Origin: an uncultured delta proteobacterium
GTDB lineage: Bacteria; Desulfobacterota; Desulfomonilia; UBA1062
Direction of reading: 5' to 3'
Assembly (NCBI GenBank): GCA_963785235.1
Contig: CAWAUM010000005.1
Location: forward strand, 192,001 to 256,000
DNA: 64,000 nucleotides
Shown here in pieces: positions 51,360 to 62,234 of the stretch; the stretch's first letter is position 1; each line of letters starts with the position of its first letter. The position numbers and the translations under genes are program-made. The notes below the pieces were generated by a model. The model was not told the origin of the DNA and ran no database searches. It worked only from the letters and a program-made list of their open reading frames with translations.

Positions 51360-52993
51360 AGAGATTTATAGAAGAGCCCGGCAACCATGAGTATGATATC
51401 ATAATCGTGGGAGGCGGCATTACCGGGGCCGCAGTGGCCTATGAAGCGGCAAGCAGAGGCCTGAAGACGGCCCTTGTGGAAAAGAAGGATTTCTCCTGCG
51501 CCACATCGGCAGCAACATCCAAGCTTATCCACGGCGGGCTTCGCTACCTGGCCAATGCGGAATTCGGCCTTGTAAGGGAATCGCTTAAAGAGCGCAGGAC
51601 ACTAGAGAATATTGCCCCGAATTTTGTCTACCCCATACCCATGATGATGGTTCATGACACGGTCTGCCCCAAGAATAACTCCCTTGAGATCGGGATAGGC
51701 CTGCGGATATATGATGCCCTTTCCTATGACAGGAATCGTACATGGGACAAGAGCAAGAAGATCCCGCCCCACAGAAGGATATCCCCATCCGAGGCCCTTG
51801 TGCTGGAGCCGGGTATCTTTGCCCAGGGGATGAAGGGCGCCTCGGTTTTCTATGACTGTTCCAACATCTTCCCGGAGCGGCTCACTCTGTCTTTCATAAA
51901 GTCAGCCGTACACCATGGGGCCCACGTGTCCAACTACGCCAGGGTTGAAGGGTTCATCACAGGCAGCAGTGGCAAGGTTGAAGGAGTGAAGGTATATGAC
52001 CTCTTGAGAGGATCTACCGGTGAGCTGAAGGCAAGCCTCATCATCAACTGTGCAGGACCATGGGCGGATATCCTCCTGGGCCTGGCGAAACCGGGGAATT
52101 CTTCCAATACATTGAAGAGGTCAGAGGGTATCCACATTGTTACCAAAAAGTTCGTAAATTCTCATGTGGTAAGTTACATGACCAAAGAAGGCAGGCACTT
52201 CTTCATGATACCCTGGAGGGGGCACAACCTTATTGGGACAACAGACCAGCCCTTTATCGGCAACCCTGATGAATGGCGCGTGACCAGGGAAAGCATCCAG
52301 GGACTTATCGAGGATGTAAATACCACCTTAGGCAGCGATATACTCAGTTATGACGATGTCCTGTACACCTACGGCGGGCTCAGGCCGCTTGTAGAGGATG
52401 ATTCGGCTGACACGTACGGTGCGTCGCGCAGATATGAGATACATGACAATACCCTTGATGGGCTGCAGGGCCTTATCACCGTTGAAGGTGGCAAGTTCAC
52501 CACCAGCAGGAACCTTGCTGAGAAGGCTGTTGACCTGGCTGAGAAGAAGCTGGGAAGAAGGCACACGTCGTCGCCTACGGCAAAGCGCTATCTCTGGGGC
52601 TCTCAGATCTTGGACATGAAGGCCTTCATGCTCGACATCAGGCACAAGAACAAGGATTTCGGAACCTCAACGCTTGAGTACCTGGGCAAGAATTATGGAA
52701 ACGAGTTTGAGCCTGTTCTGGAGCTTGCACGGCATGAAAAGCAACTTTCGGAGGTGCTCAATGAAGACGGCGAAATCCTTGCCCAGGCAGTCTATGCAGT
52801 GCGTTACGAGATGGCGCGCACCTTAAGCGATATCGTGCTCCGCAAGACCGGCATCGCAACGCTGGGCAATCCCGGAAACGAGGTGCTGGAAAAGGTGGCT
52901 CTGAGCGCGGCAAAAGAGCTTGGATGGGACGATCAAAGGATTGCCCTGGAGCTTACCCATACGACCGAGGCACTCAGGGTGCCCGTAAACTAA
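51356..52993 (+). CDS. glpD: FAD-dependent glycerol-3-phosphate dehydrogenase/oxidase family protein
   Basis: IVGGGITG, TSKLIHGGLRYL, INCAGPWAD, IGTTD, GLRPL, GGKFTTSR. Confidence 0.9.
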   Translation: MKRFIEEPGNHEYDIIIVGGGITGAAVAYEAASRGLKTALVEKKDFSCATSAATSKLIHGGLRYLANAEFGLVRESLKERRTLENIAPNFVYPIPMMMVHDTVCPKNNSLEIGIGLRIYDALSYDRNRTWDKSKKIPPHRRISPSEALVLEPGIFAQGMKGASVFYDCSNIFPERLTLSFIKSAVHHGAHVSNYARVEGFITGSSGKVEGVKVYDLLRGSTGELKASLIINCAGPWADILLGLAKPGNSSNTLKRSEGIHIVTKKFVNSHVVSYMTKEGRHFFMIPWRGHNLIGTTDQPFIGNPDEWRVTRESIQGLIEDVNTTLGSDILSYDDVLYTYGGLRPLVEDDSADTYGASRRYEIHDNTLDGLQGLITVEGGKFTTSRNLAEKAVDLAEKKLGRRHTSSPTAKRYLWGSQILDMKAFMLDIRHKNKDFGTSTLEYLGKNYGNEFEPVLELARHEKQLSEVLNEDGEILAQAVYAVRYEMARTLSDIVLRKTGIATLGNPGNEVLEKVALSAAKELGWDDQRIALELTHTTEALRVPVN

Positions 52994-53010
52994 AAAATCA
53001 GAGGTAGCAG

Positions 53011-54702
53011 ATGATTATGAAGAAGTTCGTGCCGAAATGGACTGAAGTCGCCCCACCCAAAGGTTCTTACCGATCCGTATTCAAATATGGTGACCCGCAC
53101 ACCTTCAAGCATCCAAGTGCAAAATGGTATGAGATGATAAAAGAAGAGTTCTCCATGACTGATAAGGACTTCCAAACCAAAAAAGATCAGGGTTTGGGAA
53201 GTGTCGTCCTGAACAGGCCTACTGCCCTGGACCTGCATCATAGGGAACGGCTGGAGGCCATTGTGGGTAAGGAGAATGTGACATGTGACGATTACAGCAG
53301 GGTGAAATATGCGCTGGGAAAGACTACCGAGGAGATGATGGAACTCAGAAAGGGCATAATCAGCAAGGTGGCTGACCTTGTAGTGCACCCCCGTACTAAA
53401 GAAGATGTGCAGCATATCGTTGCCTATTGCAATGAGAACAGGGTACCTGTCTATGCCTTCGGGGCCGGCAGTTCAGTGAACTTTGGTGTGAGGCCGGAAA
53501 AGGGCGGTATATCGCTCGTCATGAGCACGCACATGAACAAGGTTCTCGAGGTCAATGAAGCCAATCAGACCGCCCGGGTGCAACCCGGTTTATACGGACC
53601 TGCCTATGAAGATGCCCTTCACAGTGCGCCGGAACTCTTCCATACGAATCAAAGGTACACCTGCGGCCACTTCCCCCAGTCTTTTGAGTATTCAACCGTG
53701 GGCGGCTGGATCGTAACTTTGGGCTCAGGACAGGCATCATCCTACTATGGGGATGCCTGTGACCTGGTCATCAGCCAGGAGTATGTAACACCCGTGGGCA
53801 CGATCAAGACACGTGATTTTCCGGCATCCGCAACAGGACCCAAGGTAAACGACATCATGAAGGGAAGCGAGGGGACATATGGGATACTCGTGGAAGCCAC
53901 CATGAAGATTTACCGCTTTATGCCCGGGAATACCAGGCGTTTCAGCTTCATGTTTCCTACCTGGGAGGCGGCTGTCAATGCCAGCAGGGAGATCTGCCAG
54001 GGTGAATTCGGCATGCCTGCCATCTTCCGCATATCCGATCCTGAGGAGACAGAACGGGGCCTCAAACTCTACGGAATGCCCGGATTTGTGGATGCCTTTC
54101 TCAAAGGCAAGGGGTATAAGCCCAGAGAGCGCTGCCTCTGCCTTGGGAGTGCTGAAGGAGAGTCTGCTTTTACCAGGAATATCGAACGGCAGGCTAAGAG
54201 GATCTGCAAAGAGTTCGGGGCGATCTCTCTGACCGGTTATGCTGCGAAAAAATGGGAACATACACGCTTTAAAGAGCCCTATATGAGGGAAGACCTCATG
54301 GATTTCGGTGTCGTCATCGATACCCTGGAATGTTCCGTAACCTGGGATAACCTGCATGCCGTGCACCAGGGCGTAAGGGAGTACATCAAGTCACGTCCTG
54401 AGACTATGTGCATGACCCATGCATCTCACTTTTACCCGCAGGGCACGAACCTCTACTTTATCTTTCTGGCAAAGATGGATGACATCGATGAGTTCAGGAC
54501 ATTTCAAAGGGGCATTATAGATCAGATTAACACATGCGGAGGCTCTTTGAGTCATCACCACGGTATCGGCCGCATGATCGCCCCCTGGATCGGGTCATAT
54601 CTCGGAGCAGAGCAGATGGCGGTATTAAAGGCGCTCAAGAGGCATTTTGACCCGAACAACATCATGAATCCCGGGGGCCAGCTGGGGCTGGACCTGGAAT
54701 GA
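53011..54702 (+). CDS. Alkyl-dihydroxyacetonephosphate synthase (AGPS)-like FAD oxidoreductase
   Basis: VVHP, GHFPQSFEYSTVGGW, GSGQASSYYG, GSEGTYG, RISDPEET, DTLE, HASHFYPQG, SHHHGIG, NPG. Confidence 0.85.
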   Translation: MIMKKFVPKWTEVAPPKGSYRSVFKYGDPHTFKHPSAKWYEMIKEEFSMTDKDFQTKKDQGLGSVVLNRPTALDLHHRERLEAIVGKENVTCDDYSRVKYALGKTTEEMMELRKGIISKVADLVVHPRTKEDVQHIVAYCNENRVPVYAFGAGSSVNFGVRPEKGGISLVMSTHMNKVLEVNEANQTARVQPGLYGPAYEDALHSAPELFHTNQRYTCGHFPQSFEYSTVGGWIVTLGSGQASSYYGDACDLVISQEYVTPVGTIKTRDFPASATGPKVNDIMKGSEGTYGILVEATMKIYRFMPGNTRRFSFMFPTWEAAVNASREICQGEFGMPAIFRISDPEETERGLKLYGMPGFVDAFLKGKGYKPRERCLCLGSAEGESAFTRNIERQAKRICKEFGAISLTGYAAKKWEHTRFKEPYMREDLMDFGVVIDTLECSVTWDNLHAVHQGVREYIKSRPETMCMTHASHFYPQGTNLYFIFLAKMDDIDEFRTFQRGIIDQINTCGGSLSHHHGIGRMIAPWIGSYLGAEQMAVLKALKRHFDPNNIMNPGGQLGLDLE

Positions 54703-54719
54703 GTGTGAACATGACCCTT

Positions 54720-57545
54720 TTAAAATGTATACCCGATTGAGAAATGGAATTTGCCCGGGCTCTCGCCTTCATTGCGATTGAGCTTATAGCCATAGAGCAA
54801 TCCTATGGGGCCGATGGGGGTGATATATCTGAGTCCGATACCCACAGAAGACCTGAAGTTATCAGATCCTTCATTCACCAGCACCCTCCTGACCGAACCC
54901 GTGTCATAGAAGATGGCTGTCTCCCAATCATGTGATAATTCAAAACGTGCCTCCATGCTGCCCACAAGCGACAAACGGCCGCCTATAGGATTCCTGCTGG
55001 TATCATATCTGAGCATGTTCTCGTCATATCCTCTCACATCCATAGTCCCACCCAGATAGAAAAGCTGGTCCTCCGGGAGCTGTCCTTTTTTTCCATAGGT
55101 GTAGAGGTAGCCTAAACGACCAAGCCATGCCAGGGTGAGCCTATGTGATGGGCTGAAGTAGTAACGAAGATTCAGATAATGCTTTAAGAAATTATCAAGG
55201 GAATTCTGATAGCCCTTGGATATATCCACTGCATAGGAGGAATAAAATCCTTTTTGTGGCCTTACAAAGGAATCCCTGGCGTCATACGAGATAAATGGTG
55301 TGGTTATCAGGGAACCACGGGGCTTGTAGGAATCTTCATCTCCTAGAGGAATTGTAACTGATTTATCCTTGAGAAACTGATCTCTCCATTCATACCTGAA
55401 ACCAAGCGATGTTGTTGTGTGTGGTTTGTATACCCGCAAAAAGTTACACGACGAAGTCCAGACCGAGGTCCCGAAGATCTGGTTAAACTGGGCCTTCTTC
55501 TCAAAGGAAAGAATATTGGTATTGGTAATGGGTGTATCAAAGATCCTGTGCTGGGTTATTCCTAGCCCGCCTTGATAGCCGATTTGGCTCAACTCGCCGC
55601 CGATCCATGCGTCCTTGTTCAAACCGAAGAGGTTGCGGTCACCGACACGCGTGTTTCCATACAGCCCACGGTCAGAAGCATAGCCTGTAGCGGCCTGAAT
55701 ATAGTAAGGCTTGATCTCCTCCATATCAATAAGGAGTGTGATGCGGTCTCGTTCTTCATTGATTCCAAAGGTCTTAAATTGCACTGAATCAAAGGCCTCC
55801 ATATTCCGGATATTTTTTTGACCTTCAAGCATGGTTTTCAGGGAGAACGGCTGTCCCGGCTCGATACCCAGCTCCCTTGTGACGACACGCGTCCTTGTCT
55901 TGAAGTTGCCCCGGTAATAGATGTTTCCCATTGATGTACGCTGACCTTCATCAACATAGTACGTAATGGCAGCCTCGGTATTCTCTTTCGACATGACAAC
56001 TTCCGTTTTCACTTTCACATATGGGTAGCCATTTTCCGAGATAAGTCCTGAAAGGGCTGTCTCATCAGACTTTAATACATCATTTACGAAGGACTTGCCT
56101 TTTCTGAGTTGCAGGACTTCAAGGGCTTCGTTTTCGGGAATTGCCTTAAGGCCGATTATTTTAACAGACGAGACAATGGTCCTTATTCCCTCAGTGATCG
56201 TAACAAGGATTGAAATACCCGTTTTATCTTTATTCCAGATCAGTTCATGAGATACGGATACTTCATTGTATCCACGGCCCAGGTATAATGCGCGAATAGC
56301 AGCCAGATCCTCTTCCAGGATATCCGGATTAAATATATTCTTACTAAAAAACGGTGCCTTACCGGTCTGAAGTCCCTTTTTCAGTTCTTCTTCGCTGAAG
56401 TAACTGTTGCCGGAAAAACGTAGGGATTCTACAAGAGTCCTGGGGCCTTCCTTGATAAAAAGATTGAGTTTTCGTTCTTTTTCATCTTTTATGGTGACCT
56501 TTTCCTCAAGGATTTCAATTTCAGTGAAAAGGAAACCATCTTTTCGATATCGTTCTTTAATCACCTTAATACCGTTCTTGATGCCTCTGTCTCTCCTATT
56601 ACCCTTTATGAAGATCGGTATGTCACTCCTGAGTGTATATGACCAGAACCAATTGTTTCCGGAGAATGATAGTTCATAGAGAGGCCCTTCCGCAATTGTT
56701 ACCCCAGCCTTCACCTCTCCTGTTGCCTCATTTTTGCTCACCGATTCATGTATCTCACATTCAGGATATCCGCGCTGCCAGTAGAGTGCTAAGAGATCTT
56801 TTATATCCTGGGTGAATTCCGCATCTCTGAAACGGCCTGATTCCCTGATAAAAAACGATGTTCGCCAAGAGTTCATACGGGACTTGATCTCGGCATCGAA
56901 TATTGCATGATTCCCGCTTATCTCCAGGGAGTCGAGATAATAATATGGGCCTGGTTTAATGCCCACATCGAGGATTACCCACCCGCCTTCCGGGTCTTTT
57001 TCTGCTGTCACGGAAATATGGGGTTTTCTGTAGCCTTCTTTTTTATACAGTTCACCAATAAGTTTCTCCATTACCTTCGGCGTATCAGGCAGCAGTGCAT
57101 CACCGGGATATACATTTACGGATTTTAAGACATCGTTATTAAACAGAGGGTACTCGCCGTGAATCCGAATATCCTTGATCTCCCTGTAGGGAGTAAGAAG
57201 GAAGATGACCTTGATGCCTTCTTCTGCCTGTTCGATTTCAGGGATAACCGCTTCGAATCTTTTAGAGAGGATGAGGGCATCGAGTGACTGCTGAAACTTT
57301 TTTTCAGAAAACGGTTCTCCCTCACGCAGATTTATAAGATCTCGTGCCAGGTTTTCTATTGTTTTGGTGCACCATGGGCATTCTTTGATCTCAATATGGA
57401 TATTCTTAACAAACATGCCATCAAAAGCGGCATATTCAATGGGCATCTGCATGCCCGGAGTCGAACTTTCCTGGCCCTGGCAGGGCATAGTCAAGAGCAC
57501 CATGAAGAACAGAAATGCTGTGAGGATGTTTGTTTCAGGGCGCAT
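54720..57545 (-). CDS. Omp85 BamA/TamA-family outer membrane protein with multiple POTRA domains
   Basis: Repeated FSGN...Y...GY POTRA units, FYLGG..DVRGY, GIGLRYITPIGPI, C-terminal F; probable start 57545. Confidence 0.9.
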   Translation of the reverse strand: MRPETNILTAFLFFMVLLTMPCQGQESSTPGMQMPIEYAAFDGMFVKNIHIEIKECPWCTKTIENLARDLINLREGEPFSEKKFQQSLDALILSKRFEAVIPEIEQAEEGIKVIFLLTPYREIKDIRIHGEYPLFNNDVLKSVNVYPGDALLPDTPKVMEKLIGELYKKEGYRKPHISVTAEKDPEGGWVILDVGIKPGPYYYLDSLEISGNHAIFDAEIKSRMNSWRTSFFIRESGRFRDAEFTQDIKDLLALYWQRGYPECEIHESVSKNEATGEVKAGVTIAEGPLYELSFSGNNWFWSYTLRSDIPIFIKGNRRDRGIKNGIKVIKERYRKDGFLFTEIEILEEKVTIKDEKERKLNLFIKEGPRTLVESLRFSGNSYFSEEELKKGLQTGKAPFFSKNIFNPDILEEDLAAIRALYLGRGYNEVSVSHELIWNKDKTGISILVTITEGIRTIVSSVKIIGLKAIPENEALEVLQLRKGKSFVNDVLKSDETALSGLISENGYPYVKVKTEVVMSKENTEAAITYYVDEGQRTSMGNIYYRGNFKTRTRVVTRELGIEPGQPFSLKTMLEGQKNIRNMEAFDSVQFKTFGINEERDRITLLIDMEEIKPYYIQAATGYASDRGLYGNTRVGDRNLFGLNKDAWIGGELSQIGYQGGLGITQHRIFDTPITNTNILSFEKKAQFNQIFGTSVWTSSCNFLRVYKPHTTTSLGFRYEWRDQFLKDKSVTIPLGDEDSYKPRGSLITTPFISYDARDSFVRPQKGFYSSYAVDISKGYQNSLDNFLKHYLNLRYYFSPSHRLTLAWLGRLGYLYTYGKKGQLPEDQLFYLGGTMDVRGYDENMLRYDTSRNPIGGRLSLVGSMEARFELSHDWETAIFYDTGSVRRVLVNEGSDNFRSSVGIGLRYITPIGPIGLLYGYKLNRNEGESPGKFHFSIGYTF

Positions 57546-57549
57546 AGAT

Positions 57550-60500
57550 TCAGCGGAACTCGTATTTAAGCTGGATATCTGATCCAAAGATTCCATCACT
57601 GCCCTGATAGCCGTTAATAATGAGATTCTCAAGGATCTTATATTCAGCTATGCCCCTTTGAATGGTCTGTGTATTTCTGGTTTCCACCTGGTATTCTAAA
57701 ATCAGCCTCCTTGACAATTCTTTGCCCAGGGTCAGTTTAAGGTTTTCACCCGCATCGGAAGTAGAGAATTCTGATGCCTTCAGATTAAGGATGTCAAGGG
57801 TCGTGGCCTTTTTGATCTGACCGCCATAATTGGAGGCGAGTATCTCGGCTGCCATGGCTGTTGGAGAAACCGTTAACCCGGTCTGACTCTGTGTGAGTTC
57901 ACGCGATGTCTTCCCGATGATGAGAAGGGAAAGGATATCCGCCGGCTCTTCTGTCGGGGTCGAGTTCAGTGTGAACTGAAGATTGTCAAAACCTCCTTCG
58001 ATGGTGAGTTCTATTGTCCAGTCTCTGACCTTGGTTTCGCCTTTGATATCAACAGTCGGTTCGGTCTTGTGGGGGTTCAGGAAATCGACGACCCCCCGGG
58101 AAACCGTGAACTCATTATTCTGAAAAGTCACGGTCCCCTCAATAACTGCTAATCTCCCGGTAAGCACCGGTTTGATAAAGGTGCCGTTTATCTTGAGGTC
58201 AGGGTTGAGATAAAGTTCGGAGATATTATTTTCAACCTTTAGCTCCCCCCTGCGTTTAATGGTAATATCAAGATCCATGTTTTTCAGGTAGGGCCAGCGT
58301 TTCGCCATGAGTTGCTCCTGAGCCTGCCTTTGCTTCGGGAGGATTCGTTCGATTACCCCTGTCAGAAGGTTCACCTTCACATCCTTGTAATAAATTCCGT
58401 CGATGATGACTACATCCGACCTGATCAATGAGCGTGATCCGGAGGACACAAGTGAGGCCTCTGCATCGATTGTGAGGTCCATCATATCAGGGATGGATAT
58501 GGGCATTGCCGTTAACCTGGTCTTCAGATCGAATGTGCTTGGTGTAAACCCTTTACGAGTTATAGTACCCCCAAAAGTGAAATAGCCTGTATCTATCCTT
58601 CCAGTCAGGTCTTCGATGAAGATATCGTCATCGAGGATCCTGATCTTTCCATTCATGGTGTGCAGGCGCTGTGAGTTTATGGGTATGGTATAAGCGATAT
58701 CCTCAAGGGTGAGCAGCCCTGAAACTACTGGTTTATTGTCATGGGAGGTGATCTTTGAAGACACATGGATAAGGCCCGAGCTGTCTGAAAGGTCTTCATC
58801 AAATATTCCAAAGACTTCAGCAGGGATTATCCCTTGGGCATCGAGGGTCAATGGCGTTCTGTTATCTCCGGAGCCCTTAATGTCTAACCAGCCTTTGTCC
58901 CCCAAGGTGAATCTTGTTTGCGGTATTGAGAGGAGACCATGTTTGTATGATCCGTTGATATTGCGGCCCATAATAAGCATTTTATTGCTGTGGAGGATAT
59001 CCACAGAGGAGATGTCGGCGATGAGATCAATATCTTTAAGTGTTTTTGAATTTCCCAGGGCATCTATCCTTCCGGTAAGCCTTCCCGAGAGGGTGGGTCT
59101 GTCGCTCATAACGAAATAGGGGCTGAGTTCGGTTTCGGCAAAAAGTACTGTTGTGGAAAAATCCCCTGAGGATAGGTCGTGCATTGCCTTCAGAGAGAAG
59201 TTCCAGTTACCCTGCATGTTCAATTTATTATCCTGGAGTTCAAATGAGAAGGTCAGATCATCCAACGGGTTATCATTGAATTTAATATTTGCAGCAGCAA
59301 TCCTTCCAGTCAGGGTCGGGTTGCTTAAATTCCCATCGCCTGCTGCATTCAGAAAGACTTTTCCCTTGAACGACTCGTGACTTAACATAAAGTCGAGGTT
59401 CTCCAGGCTTAACCCCTGGGTACCGAGCGAAAAGGAATAGTTCCCATCTGTAGAGATCCACCCGGTGGCGTTCAAATTCTCTTCCCCTGAAAGGGTCAGT
59501 ATTGCAGGGTCTATCCAGAATCTTCCGCCATCTGCCTGAATCTTCATATCCAGTTTCGAGAAACGCTGGAAGCCCAGGTCCAGGTCTTTTGCCGTTATCG
59601 CCATATCGCCGATGGGATGAAGCATGGACCCTTCCATCATGGCATTTATGGAGAATGTTCCCTTTGCTTTGTCATAGAAGTCTTCAATCTGCAGGTTTTC
59701 TCCCTGGGCCTTGAGGTGAATATCCGGGTCCGCATTCAGGTGTTTCTGTGCCGGGTCGAACAGGGATATGTCCCCGGTAATGAGCATTGTCGAGTTCTTA
59801 TTGGTAAAATTAAGGCTTGATATATTAAGCAGTCCTTGTGAAAGGGAAGCCGTAAGTACGGCATCTCCAAGTGGTATACCTGCTGCCAGGAGTTCACTAC
59901 CATCAAGCTGAATGTTGGCTGAAATATTGCTTATAGGGCCTTTGGCGCTCACATGGCCGTTTAAAGATCCTGAAAGCGGGAGCTTTTTAAAGAAATCCGA
60001 CGGATTTACTGTTCGCAGGTCCGATTCAATAATCATATCCGGGTTGGAAACAAAGGTGGGGAATCGACTGAAGACCTGGATGCTTCCCTTAGTTTGGATA
60101 GCTGAGGTACGGTTGGCTATTGCGCAGGAACCTACATTAAACCTTCCGTTCTGATCCAGCAGCGCCTTCAGATCAATGACGCCAAGGGTGATTCCATTGA
60201 CAGTTGTCCCTTCAGCATGTGCAGTGATGTCGGCAAGAGGCTTCTCCAAAGTCCCGGAGATGCGTGACGATGCATTCAGTGCGCCGGTTGCATCAATACC
60301 TGTTCCTTTCAGCAAATCTCCAATCTGTGATGCCCCCAGTTCGATGGTTCCATCCAATGTGCGGGTGGCAAGGTTTATACTCCCTTCAGATGCGGCTGAT
60401 ATGCTCCGAACCCGGGCAGTCAGGCTGCTGATATCGAATAAATCCTTCCTGTAGGATACCCTGCCTGCCAGGGCGAGCTCATCATCTTTCATGAACGAGC

Positions 60501-61746
60501 CTGCTGAGACACCTTGGCCAAGTGCAGTAAATTGTGCATCAAGCTGTACAGAATCCGAAGAGACCCCGGAGCCCTTCAGGCCAATTTTTGGACTCAGCTT
60601 CCCCTTTAATCCCTTGGGCATGCCCGGAAGATCCGAGATTAAAAGGCTTGTGCCGATAATAGAGAGGTCATAGGTGATGGCATCTTCTTCCTTGATCCCT
60701 TCAAAATAGCCTGCAGGATAGGCCTTTCTCAAATCCGCGATACCGGTCAAATCTATGAGACCGGATGCATATGATGCATGGAGGGTCTTGATAGTGGCCA
60801 CCCTGTCGGTTATGGTGCAATCAAGGTGGGCCTTGCTGATCTTCAATCCCCAGAGATCTCCCCCGGCATACCCAAGGGAAGCAGTAAATGCAGGGTTGTC
60901 ATAGTCATTAGTAGCCGTTATACGGCCGGTGATCCTGCCGGTGTTGTCAGGGCCGAGCCCAAGGGCATCCCTTATGTCTGTCATGTCGGTATCCAGGTCA
61001 AGATTACACAGAAGCTGGGCCTTCTTGGACATCTCGGTTACAGAACCCGTCAGTTTGGCTGTTGAAGAACCTTTCTTGGATTCAACACGGATATCCCTGA
61101 TGCGGTCATTGAAGATGGTGCAAGATGCCTTGCCGGCCCCAAGGTCAATCTTTCCCTCGGCATCAAAGAGAGATATGACTGCCTTTGGTACGGACAGGTG
61201 CAAGATAGAGTCTTTTTCAAAGGTGCAATCCATGAGAAGATCGAAGTTCTCGAGTTTTACAATGGGTTTGGCGTTTTTCCCGATGAATGCGAAAGTCCCT
61301 CCCTCGCATGTGAGCGACTTGATATACACGTTGAACGGGCTTTCGCCGGGTGTCTTTTCCACAAAGGCACTCTCGATATTGAGCCAGTTGTCCTTATCAA
61401 GCTCTAAGACGAGCTCTGGCTTTTTTGCATCTATGATTTCAAATATGAGCTCATACCGCAGGAGTGCGGGAAGGTTCATCTTGAGATACACATTTTTCGC
61501 CTTGAGGACCTGCTTTCCGTCAGGTCCGCGCAGTATGGCATTTTCAAGAGCAACCTCCTGGGTAAGCAGGCTGATCTCAATGTTTGTGCCGGAAATTTTC
61601 CCCGGATAGAGGGTGTTTATTGCGCTCAACAGGAAGTTCTTTCCCCGGTCTGAAAAGAGGTACAGGTGTGCTGCACCAATAAGGCATACCAGAAGCGTTA
61701 CTACAATACATGCAGCAATAAGAAGGGTTTTCAGTGCCCTATTCAT
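57550..61746 (-). CDS. tamB: Translocation and assembly module TamB-like (AsmA superfamily) protein
   Basis: N-terminal TM anchor, long beta-taco repeats, C-terminal DUF490-like region (STP....DILSLLIIG, LTLGKELS, LKYEFR); adjacent to Omp85 gene. Confidence 0.85.
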   Translation of the reverse strand: MNRALKTLLIAACIVVTLLVCLIGAAHLYLFSDRGKNFLLSAINTLYPGKISGTNIEISLLTQEVALENAILRGPDGKQVLKAKNVYLKMNLPALLRYELIFEIIDAKKPELVLELDKDNWLNIESAFVEKTPGESPFNVYIKSLTCEGGTFAFIGKNAKPIVKLENFDLLMDCTFEKDSILHLSVPKAVISLFDAEGKIDLGAGKASCTIFNDRIRDIRVESKKGSSTAKLTGSVTEMSKKAQLLCNLDLDTDMTDIRDALGLGPDNTGRITGRITATNDYDNPAFTASLGYAGGDLWGLKISKAHLDCTITDRVATIKTLHASYASGLIDLTGIADLRKAYPAGYFEGIKEEDAITYDLSIIGTSLLISDLPGMPKGLKGKLSPKIGLKGSGVSSDSVQLDAQFTALGQGVSAGSFMKDDELALAGRVSYRKDLFDISSLTARVRSISAASEGSINLATRTLDGTIELGASQIGDLLKGTGIDATGALNASSRISGTLEKPLADITAHAEGTTVNGITLGVIDLKALLDQNGRFNVGSCAIANRTSAIQTKGSIQVFSRFPTFVSNPDMIIESDLRTVNPSDFFKKLPLSGSLNGHVSAKGPISNISANIQLDGSELLAAGIPLGDAVLTASLSQGLLNISSLNFTNKNSTMLITGDISLFDPAQKHLNADPDIHLKAQGENLQIEDFYDKAKGTFSINAMMEGSMLHPIGDMAITAKDLDLGFQRFSKLDMKIQADGGRFWIDPAILTLSGEENLNATGWISTDGNYSFSLGTQGLSLENLDFMLSHESFKGKVFLNAAGDGNLSNPTLTGRIAAANIKFNDNPLDDLTFSFELQDNKLNMQGNWNFSLKAMHDLSSGDFSTTVLFAETELSPYFVMSDRPTLSGRLTGRIDALGNSKTLKDIDLIADISSVDILHSNKMLIMGRNINGSYKHGLLSIPQTRFTLGDKGWLDIKGSGDNRTPLTLDAQGIIPAEVFGIFDEDLSDSSGLIHVSSKITSHDNKPVVSGLLTLEDIAYTIPINSQRLHTMNGKIRILDDDIFIEDLTGRIDTGYFTFGGTITRKGFTPSTFDLKTRLTAMPISIPDMMDLTIDAEASLVSSGSRSLIRSDVVIIDGIYYKDVKVNLLTGVIERILPKQRQAQEQLMAKRWPYLKNMDLDITIKRRGELKVENNISELYLNPDLKINGTFIKPVLTGRLAVIEGTVTFQNNEFTVSRGVVDFLNPHKTEPTVDIKGETKVRDWTIELTIEGGFDNLQFTLNSTPTEEPADILSLLIIGKTSRELTQSQTGLTVSPTAMAAEILASNYGGQIKKATTLDILNLKASEFSTSDAGENLKLTLGKELSRRLILEYQVETRNTQTIQRGIAEYKILENLIINGYQGSDGIFGSDIQLKYEFR

Positions 61747-62234
61747 ATACGTCTACCTATCCCGTTTGCCAGGACACCGTACCAGGCTTCTAAATGGTTG
61801 ATCTCAAGCGCCATGACTACCCTCTATCAGAAAATTCACAAGGTTACATACAATTTTTCTTACATACAGAGTTCAAGGCTACGATGGATCAATAGTATGT
61901 AACAACTGGATACAATTCATAGGGATGGCCCTGAACATCAGCGTGAAGAATGTCGTTTCCATAAAATTAGCAATCCACAAAGGCTGTAAGATTGAGCTTT
62001 TGAACGGATCATGTTTTACTCATCTGAAACGCAGAATTCGTATAAAAAATAGAATTATTATTCCGCTAAAGAGAAACTTGTTTCCTCTATCTTCTTTAAT
62101 TTACCCGCCTTTGACCTACCAATTGGTTGAAATTAGAGTATATACCAAATGGCATTCTCTTTGCTTGACCAGTTATGGTTTACTTTCTGCAGATGAACAA
62201 ACAATTGTAAATTTAAATACGAGGAGGATCACCG

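Noticed and set aside
54720-61746. tamB placed before a large multi-POTRA Omp85 gene
   Set aside because: TamB paired with BamA/TamA-like genes is well known, so not novel.
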